From Chrysomallon squamiferum (lineage: Eukaryota; Animalia; Mollusca), in contig CM022672.1 of the NCBI GenBank assembly GCA_012295275.1, positions 23,064,001 through 23,128,000 on the forward strand: a stretch of DNA of 64,000 nucleotides. The letters are read 5' to 3'. The position numbers and the translations under genes were made by a program. The notes under the pieces are model-generated. The model ran no database searches. It was not told the DNA's origin and worked only from the letters and a program-made list of their open reading frames with translations. Below, in pieces: positions 55,667-64,000 of this stretch; within the stretch, counting starts at the first letter, position 1; every line of letters starts with the position of its first letter.

Positions 55667-56572
55667 GCAACATAAATGCTTCATTTAATTTATGTATGCG
55701 ACATTAATTTAATAGTGATAATAAATGTAACATGTTCATTAAAAAATTTTTTTTTGAAAAAAGGAAATTATTTATACAGGATAATATATTACTGCTCGAC
55801 AGAGAAATTAATTTTACAACTTTTTGACAGTTAAGGTAGAAGATCAAATAAATTTGTAAATATGTATGTCAAAACTGATATCTATACCGGCTTTGCTCCT
55901 GGCAACAAAAACAGCACATTTCATAAATAATTAAGAATTTTAAAATAAATTTAAAAAAAAAGAGAAAAAAATAAAGAATAAAGAAAACAATAAAAAATAT
56001 AAAAAAAAATCTTATATCATTACATGTAGTCAACAAAAACTACACGAAATATTTATAAAAAATATACAAAAATAAATGTGAAATATCATTTAAAATGTGC
56101 CAGATAAAATTTGATAAAAAAATGTAAATAAAAGTAATTTTTTCTTATTTCTTTTTTCTTTCTTCCATTCTTTTCTTTTTTCTTTTATTATTATTATTAT
56201 TTTTTTTAATGTTTTTCCAAGTTATCAACATTTAAATTTTTCAGTTTATAATAAATTTGTCAACAAATTAATACAGTTTTCGGAATAATAATAGAGTTAA
56301 CAGTCTTATTGTTTTATGAAAAGAACAAAGAAATGTAAAAAAAAAAAAAAAAAAAAAACAATATATAAATAACATTTTTGAGTGTTAAAACGAAACGTAA
56401 AAATTGTTCATGCAAAAAGTCATGCACTATAGGGTCACAAGTCAAAGGTCACGAAAAACAGATGCACCAAAACATTATGCACCCAGGATGGATATATATA
56501 TATATATATATATCTTTTTTTTTTTTTTTTTAATCACGTCACTCAAACAAAATCCACCAATGGAAATAAACA

Positions 56573-58610
56573 CTATACTTGACTGCATAGGCCCTGCCCA
56601 TGTTCCGAGTCGTTTGATGACGTATCTTGTGATGACGTCAGGGAATAATTAGCAGAGTCCCTCCTCCCCAAGATTTCGGGTTTCTTTGACACACTGAGGT
56701 GCAACGGTCTTGGGAAAAGATATTCACCTTTTTCCATTGGATTGTATCGCAGATTGGATCTGTCCAAGGAGTTATTGTGGGCAGACGTCGAGCCGCCGTT
56801 GACGAGGCTGCGGTCGTTCGCAAGCGTCGTGTAGTCAGCAGAGAGTGGCAGGCTGCTGGCGCCGCTGGTGCTGTCGCTGTTGCAAGAGGAATGTCTCTTG
56901 CAGTTGGTGCCCAGAGGCACGAGGTCGTCCAGGCGAATGTCGTTGAGCTTCAGAGACACCTCCCCGACCTCTCCTTCCACGATGCCTCTGCGTTTCGTTA
57001 ACGAGCTGTTGTCGTCCAGGCTCGTGGGGCTGATGCTGGATTTGTCAAAAGAGTTATTGTTTCCGAACAGCTTCTGCTGCTCTTTGTAGCTGTTTGCTGC
57101 CAGTGAAGATTCTCGAACTTTATCACGAAAAGACGACATCAGAGTCGGTAGCGGCTCCGAGGCTATACCGGAACTGACGTCGTCGGAACACGACGATATG
57201 TCGTTCACGCCGCCATAATATTCGCCGCACTTACTTCTAATACTGTTACGATATTCCTTGTTTAAAATAGTGTCCTTGCCACTGTTTTGCCTCAGTAAAA
57301 CTCCCTCGTTGTTTGCTAACGGCGTACTACTGCGCGCGATTTGCTGCTTTTCGCTTTGCTGAACAGGCGTTGGCGTTCGCACTCTTTCGCTGTCGCCGTT
57401 ATGTACATCTACGGTAACGTTTAGGCGTTTCGAGTCCTGAGCCGGTCTCCCACCCACCGGCGTCCGACTGCGCCCTAGACTTCCGTCTTCTTGAGAGACA
57501 GTCTTTCTTATCGTTTCGTCAAAGGTGACTCTCTGTCCACCGTTTTTACGCACTTTTGCTTTTCTCATTACGCCTCCGTTAGCAAGAACTGCCGTCGAAT
57601 CTGAGTTTGCATTTTCGAAATCTTCCGTACTGTCATCCGAATGAGTTCGGTCATTTTCGTCACTTCCGTCAATGTTAGCGAGGGCCTCGAAGTATCCCGG
57701 AGGTGATTCTATTTGCTGACGGCTCCGAGGCCGATCGGAAGACGAATCACTTTGGTGGTCGGTGTCGAAACGACGGATTCTTCATGATATTTTCCTTGGA
57801 ACCTGAGTCAATCATGAACACCGGTTTGCCAAGAGGAACGTAGTCGAGAATTCGAAATTTCCACTTTTGTTTGATAGTAAGTCCAAACCACAGAGCGATC
57901 CACATGATCATGTAGAGCACTTCACAAATAACACAGGAAAGAATCAGCAAATCCTTGGTCGCTCTGTAGGCACTGACCAGATCGTACATTATCGGGCCTT
58001 TGCATATGGCCATCAAAACCAAGGCACCGACAGCACAGGAATGAGGCACATAGCCGCTGCAGCCGCTGTGAACGATGATTGTTTGTTTGATGTAACTTTC
58101 CGAGTTATGCTTCCTTTCGACAATCTTAAATTTTTCTTCAAAATAATGAGCTCCGTATTTGAACACCGTAATCGTCGACAGTATCATGATGATTCCACCG
58201 AAGACGTAGAGCACCAGGATCGTGTGACACGCCAGCGAAAGCGTGACGTTGTAGTAGACGTCGGCGTTGTACGTAATTTTGTAGAGTATAGAGACGCCGC
58301 TGTAGCCGAAGAGTGACGTGATGGTCATGGAAAAGAGCTGGAAGCCAAACATGGCGCTGAGGACTTTGTTCGTGTACCAGAACACGGCGGCGTACCTCAC
58401 TGAGAAAGCAAGCAGAGCCGGCGGCGAAGTTGACGAAGGCGATGCCCAGGGAGTACTTGTTCGTCCAGCCCCACGCTGGCGGCATGGGCGTCGGAACAAT
58501 GAGTAAGGTGGCGTTATTTGACTTGGTGAAGTTGATGCTGGCTTTGACGTCGCTGATGTGAGCTCTGTCCGGTGAAAACATGAAGTCCAGGTCTGTCGTC
58601 CACGCCGAGT
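56573..58610 (-). CDS. tinc: Terminal coding exon of a tincar-like multipass membrane protein; two +1 frame disruptions in this sequence; upstream exons not found in the window
   Basis: Acceptor ttttttttcag|AC at 58610. The reading runs DSAWTTDLDFMF...AFVNFAA (shift at ~58419) ALLAFSVRYAAVFWYTNK...FQL...GVSILYK...PHSCAVGALVLMAICKGPIMYD...WIALWFGLTIKQKWKF...KNPSF (shift at ~57767) DTDHQSDSSSD...RRDSANYSLTSS...CSQV*. 2038 nt minus 2 extra bases gives 2 nt plus 678 codons. The motifs are recalled from the Drosophila tincar family. Confidence 0.8.
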
Positions 58611-59276
58611 CTGAAAAAAAAAAGACAGAAATAAGTCATTTAGTGTCTTCATTATTGTTTGACACAACTTCAAAGAAAACAACAATAGTCACAACGACAT
58701 TTAAGCACTTTAATGTATCTTGCTGATAATTATTAAAAGTAAAACTCGTCTGACATCCGATTCCTCAGGGAAAAAAAAAAAAAAAAAAAAAAAAAATTAA
58801 AAATTAAAAAGAAAAAGAAATAAAGAAAAAAAAGAAAAAAGAAATAGAAAAATATTGTTTATTGTTTGCGAAGTCACATTAATTAAAATGTTCAGATCTT
58901 TCAAACTGATCACTTTTTGTGCATTCCTAAATGTGAAAAGAAACTTTTTTTGTTTTTATAGTGATGAATGAGTTTGCTAATTGGCCCAGAGCTTTCTACA
59001 TAATGTTTTCACCTAAACATCATGTTATGAATACGTAAAGGTTTGATGGTGAACTGTGTTTCATTCGTTTTACCGCTGTCTCATTCGTACGCAAAATAAT
59101 TTTCTGGGCTTGTTTTTTTTGTATTTTTGTCAAACAAGGATAAAGCAAGTCTGTTACGTTTAACATACCACACTTTGAGAAAAAAAAAAAAAGAGTAGTA
59201 ATTCTAGTAATCTTACATCTGCTACCCAATTAGGAAGCGATAATATCATATGAAGCAATACCATAGATATTACAGC

Positions 59277-59307
<31 letters not shown>

Positions 59308-60424
59308 GCACACGCACACTCTCTCTCTCATCCTCTGCCGCTCTCACTTCTTCAACTCGATTTAAAACTGTGTAATATATACTGCACAACATCTTTCATT
59401 ACATTAGATCAAAGGAAACAGATGCAGCTGATAAAGTGTGTTTCTTAACATACGTTGTCCTTTTACTGCTGCAGGATGCGCCTCTATCTGCACGAACAGC
59501 CCATCCTCGTTGACGCTGTTAGTCCGCTGATTAATGCGAGATGAACTGATTTGACTAATTAAATCTAATCTCACTTAGTCGGCCGGTATTATCAGAGAGG
59601 TGAGTAAACAAACAACAGACTGACCCGGTAACATAACCGACCCGCCAATGTGTTTTCAGTCGTCGGGTCGCGTGCTATTCTTAGTGCACGCGCCACGCTC
59701 GAGCGGGAAAGATGTTACGTATATATAATCAAGATGGGAGGTTATCTTAGCCGTGCCGATGCATTTTTGTTAAATATTTATTTTATAATTCGTCAGTGTC
59801 ACATTATTTTTGAACTGAACTGTATTTAAGACTTAATGAATAGTTTTTTTTTTTTAAAAAGCTCGGTATTACTTTTATGTTATCTTTGATTTAAAAAATG
59901 TAAATTTAAGACATATTTCATTATATATACAGACACATATATAGACAGATAAATTAATTAAAAAATATGTTAGAGATGAATTAATAAAAAAGAGAGAGAG
60001 AGAGAGAGAGAGAGAAAAAAAAAAATTCGATTGCGAACTGCTACTGAGAAAAATCTTAAAAACTAAAATCCACACCTAATCATATTCGGTTTTTTTTATT
60101 TTTACATTAATCTACAAAGTTAACACATGTCCAAACGATGTACCTTAAAAAATCAAAGAAAGAAAACATCAATTTCAACGTTATTAGCGTCGCCATAAAA
60201 CAAAACGAGCTACCATTAGAATGTGCAGTACTGTTTGAGATGCTACGTACCACGTTTCGCTCAGTGTAGCTTTCTCACGTGACGAGCATTGGCTACCTGC
60301 CCGCCTCCTCATTAACAGTTTGACAGTAACGGTTATTGATGACTGCAAACTATGCTGTGGCAAATTACTACAAAGGTGTTAGTGCATATCAGGATACCAA
60401 GTTATCAGAAATGTTAAAAATCAC

Positions 60425-61200
60425 TGAAAACTTCAGTTCATTGTATCAGTTTAGACGTCGAGTAAAACGAATTTATGGATTGCGCAGAGTCTTAAACTTT
60501 AGTTCGTTGTATCAGATTAAGCCCAGAATAAGTCGAATTTATTTTTATTTACTGCAAGGCTGTTACACTTCAGTTCGCTGTATCAGTTTAGACTAAAAGT
60601 AAAGAAGTTTTATATGTTGCACAAAGACTTTAAACATATGTTCGTTATATAAAATTAAACACTGAGTAAAGCTATTTTATTTATATGTTGCACTCTTAAA
60701 ATGCAGTTCGTTACTGAGTAAGATGAATCTATGTTGCACAAAGGTTCATACATTTTTTGTTCGATTTATCAGAGTAAACTTTGAGTAACGCAAACTGAAA
60801 GCAAATACTTCCTTATATTATCACCTGTATCCAAATAAAATTGTTCTAAATTAATTTATTTGTAAAAAAAAAATCACTTAAAATTCTCTTCGAAATGATC
60901 ATCTGAAACGTTGACTTGAATCAGTTTACATACATTATCTTAACTGCACAAAACCGCCTGCATTTTAGTTCGCTTTATCGTCCTGAAGATCGAGTAAAAA
61001 CGAATTAAATGAACTTATGTGACTTGCATGAAAACATGTTTAAATTCATTTCGTTATATCAAAGCACACATCGAGTAAAACGATATTCCGCCTTATATTT
61101 AATGAATTGTAGAAAACCAAGTCTTTTTTTTTTTTCGTTATATCAGATAAAAAAAAAAATCGAGCATAATGTTCCTGCACATGAAGCTTATTGCGCTAAA
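60425..61200 (+). repeat. Degenerate ~66-70-bp tandem array (about 9 copies) in the tincar intron
   Basis: The unit cttcagttcgttgtatcagtttagac..cgagtaaaacgaatttat..tgttgcacaaag..ttaaa recurs at ~60431, 60497, 60568, 60635, 60700, 60755, 60962, 61040 and 61130. Confidence 0.7.
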
Positions 61201-63199
61201 AAGCATACGAGGTATTACATACGTATTCAACATTCAGACAATAATATTTTTAACACAACAATGTAAAACTGAAAACAATTACATAGCTATCTGCCTTATC
61301 ACAGAAGTGCACAGACAATGCCAGTCACAGACATGCTTTAATAGTTTTCTGATGGAAACATGCCAAAATGATTCCACAAAGATCATATTACAATTTTTTT
61401 TTTCCACGTTACATATGCATTAACTCCTTGTTTCTATTACAAACATACATACGCAAATTCATTTTCCTCTCCATCCATAACCGTTTTCTTTGCCATTCCT
61501 CCCGCTCTTTTTATATGCATGTCTGACTGTCTGTTACCTTGATCCAGATACTTTTTATTTCACTAATTCACACGTCAAATTATGCAAGCTTGATCGTTAT
61601 GCCATATCCATGTCAGCCTGTTACGTCAAAGAGGATTCATTAAATAATAAGACAAACTGGATAAAGCAAAACTAAACCATTATATTCTACTACTGTGTGT
61701 GTGTGTTTGTGTGTATGTGTGCGTGCCTATAACGCATGCAAGGTTAAATAAAAAATAATCTGATAGAAGAATAAAGCGAGCAATGATATACATCCTCAAT
61801 ACACTTCCTGAGATGTACTCATTATTTCTAAACACACATATACATCCATCTACCAATCTATACGCATCTGTCTAAAGCCTATGTAAAACACACACACCAA
61901 AAATGTATCCGTTCTCATTTATTAAAACTAAAAAGTTTACTATACACACAATTCTTCAACTTTCGCAGATTCTGCTGAACGCTAACGCAGTCAAAATGAG
62001 AAAGAAAACGTTTATAATAATAAACAATAAAGTTTTTTCTTTAATCAAGATCTCTTAGAACTCAAGAGTTAGACGCGCAGGGTACAAGGCGCTGATTTAT
62101 AGCGCTCGTTCTGAGGGCTGGTTTGAAGTAAATCACAGCTACACGTGTGGGGATTTCAAGTAGAATTTTAAACTGAGACATAAAACTATTTAGGACTGCC
62201 GATCTGCCTGGCAGTGAGTTACTATATGTGTTTCCTCACAAACAGGCCAAGATGTGGCTGAAGAGCAGGTGAGAATATTTTAAAAAGCCACCAAATAATC
62301 AAGAAGAAGTAGGAAAAAAAAAAAAAATTTGATAAAAAAATCCTCATCCACACCGACCTCCCCTCAAAACACAAACATCAGAACTCCAGTTTACCTTTTT
62401 AACCTGATTTATAGTACGTACATACATACATATATACATCTTGTTTCTTGGGTTTTTTCCTAGTTCGTGTTCAAATCTACAGTAATGCACGGCTTATCCA
62501 AGAATTATTCTATGAGGGCTTGACAATTCCCCTACGCAGGTTTACAAGTTAAAAAATGCCAAAGTTACGAAGTAGACACTTTAGTGTATTTTCGTAAGAA
62601 GAAGATGAAGAAGAAGTTCTTCCACAGTTAGCCACTTTAATATAAATAAAAACACATGTAGTGTTCTTGGCGTTGATGGTAAAAACTCTTTGACCATCAC
62701 TGGATCCAAGTCTGTCAACTGCAGAATATTTAATTATTTTTTAATTTTTAATCTGTTACAAGAAATAGTTTTAATTTAAACCAGAAAAAGCGAATCTTTT
62801 TATTGGTCTTTTTCTGGAAAAGTAATTTGACTTTTGTTTCAAAGGTATTGCTCTTCAGTTTGTGTGTTTACAGAAGATGAAAACAAGGTGAAGACAGATT
62901 AAGTTCACATGTACATACATATATATACAGAAAGAGAAAGATAGCGAGTGAGAGATTTTCGTTTTTAAAATCGTTGAAGAAACAGAAATCCACCTTGCAG
63001 ATTGCATCTATTTTCAGTGTAACATTATTTTACGTCTTTACATGTTAATAATGTTAAAAGTGTTTGATATAATGTATTTAAAGTGAAACTTAGAAAATAA
63101 TAATAATACAAATAATAACAAAAATAAAATAATAAAAAAATCAAACATACGAAAAAATCCACCAAAAAAAAAAAAAAAAAAAAAAAAAACAAAGAAAAA

Positions 63200-63545
63200 A
63201 TGCACGCGCATGAACATTGTTTCTGAATGCCCTCTGTTCATCCCTGTACTTGGAATACGCCAGTTGGTACGTGCATGTTCCCGCAATGAGGAATCATTTA
63301 GCGTAAAGAACGTGCACACACGGCATGGGGCAGATGCACGGCAAGAAATAATTTCCACGTGCACTTCTCCGCCATTTACCCTGACTTTTTGTTGACCTTT
63401 CACCAGTGTAAACACTGGGAGTGGCGCGCTTCTTTCTCCTGCCGTGCGCGCAAAATGGCGACCACGGAACCAGGAAGTCTCGATTTGAAAATGAAGTCAA
63501 TATAAACAACGCCAAGAGCCGCACTGGAGGGAGTCAGTTGACACG
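63200..63545. promoter_or_regulatory. CpG-rich putative enhancer/promoter with clustered ACGTGCA, TGCRCNC, YY1 and ETS motifs
   Basis: ACGTGCA at 63269, 63310 and 63357; TGCRCNC at 63201, 63313 and 63445; caaaatggcg at 63451-63460; caggaagt at 63471-63478. Confidence 0.45.
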
Positions 63546-63841
63546 CTGTTTTAAATGTTATCGACGCAATTTGATAAACGCTCGATGAAGATGTTAATAA
63601 ACAGTGTGCTGTTTTTTTGACCACACAGGAAAACTAATTTACGGTTAATGGATAAATAAACTATATATTGATGTTAATTTTGTTTTATATGCAAGATCAG
63701 CAAATAACTCAAATGTTACACAACATCTGCGGAATTTTGATTTTAATCATAGTTATGAATGCTTTTGGATCTCGAATGTCTTAAAGCTCACGTAGGGTTA
63801 TAAATGCTTAGGGCAATGCACATAAGTGCAGGCACATTCAC

Positions 63842-63845
<4 letters not shown>

Positions 63846-63931
<86 letters not shown>
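63846..63931. repeat. (GA)n microsatellite
   Basis: Directly visible. Confidence 0.95.
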
Positions 63932-63936
<5 letters not shown>

Positions 63937-64000
63937 CTGTAAGTCGTTTGCAAAAATCTTTCTGCATAATAATTTTTTTTCTTTAACACGAGTTAAGTAA

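Noticed and set aside
57747-58685. Treating the 312-aa, 147-aa and 331-aa minus-strand ORFs as three separate genes
   Set aside because: They are consecutive pieces of one tincar exon offset by single bases, and the 58685 start lies in the intron upstream of the acceptor.

Overview
This is AT-rich, microsatellite-dense animal genomic DNA with spliceosomal GT-AG introns. It is most likely a mollusc, probably a gastropod (inferred from the tincar homologue and SINE-like repeats; not provable here). A compact housekeeping cluster at about 19.5-39 kb could be spliced by hand into complete open frames: COMMD4 (-, 9 coding exons, 200 aa), head-to-head with MRPL9 (+, 7 exons, 248 aa), then FAM204A (+, 7 exons, 266 aa). 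FAM204A intron 4 hosts an antisense single-coding-exon ankyrin-repeat/SOCS-box gene (260 aa). At 56.6-58.6 kb is the 2-kb terminal exon of a tincar-like multipass membrane protein (-). It needs two separate +1 frame corrections, and one falls on a UUU_CGN motif known from +1 ribosomal frameshifting; assembly error is the leading alternative. Mobile DNA includes a decayed Tc1 element with TIRs, an internally deleted pogo/Tigger element, a hAT MITE with a perfect 8-bp TSD and old SINE-like fragments. I found no confident coding exons in 1-19 kb or 42-56 kb, although several CpG-rich islands there remain unexplained. All homology calls come from recognising sequence motifs, not from database searches.
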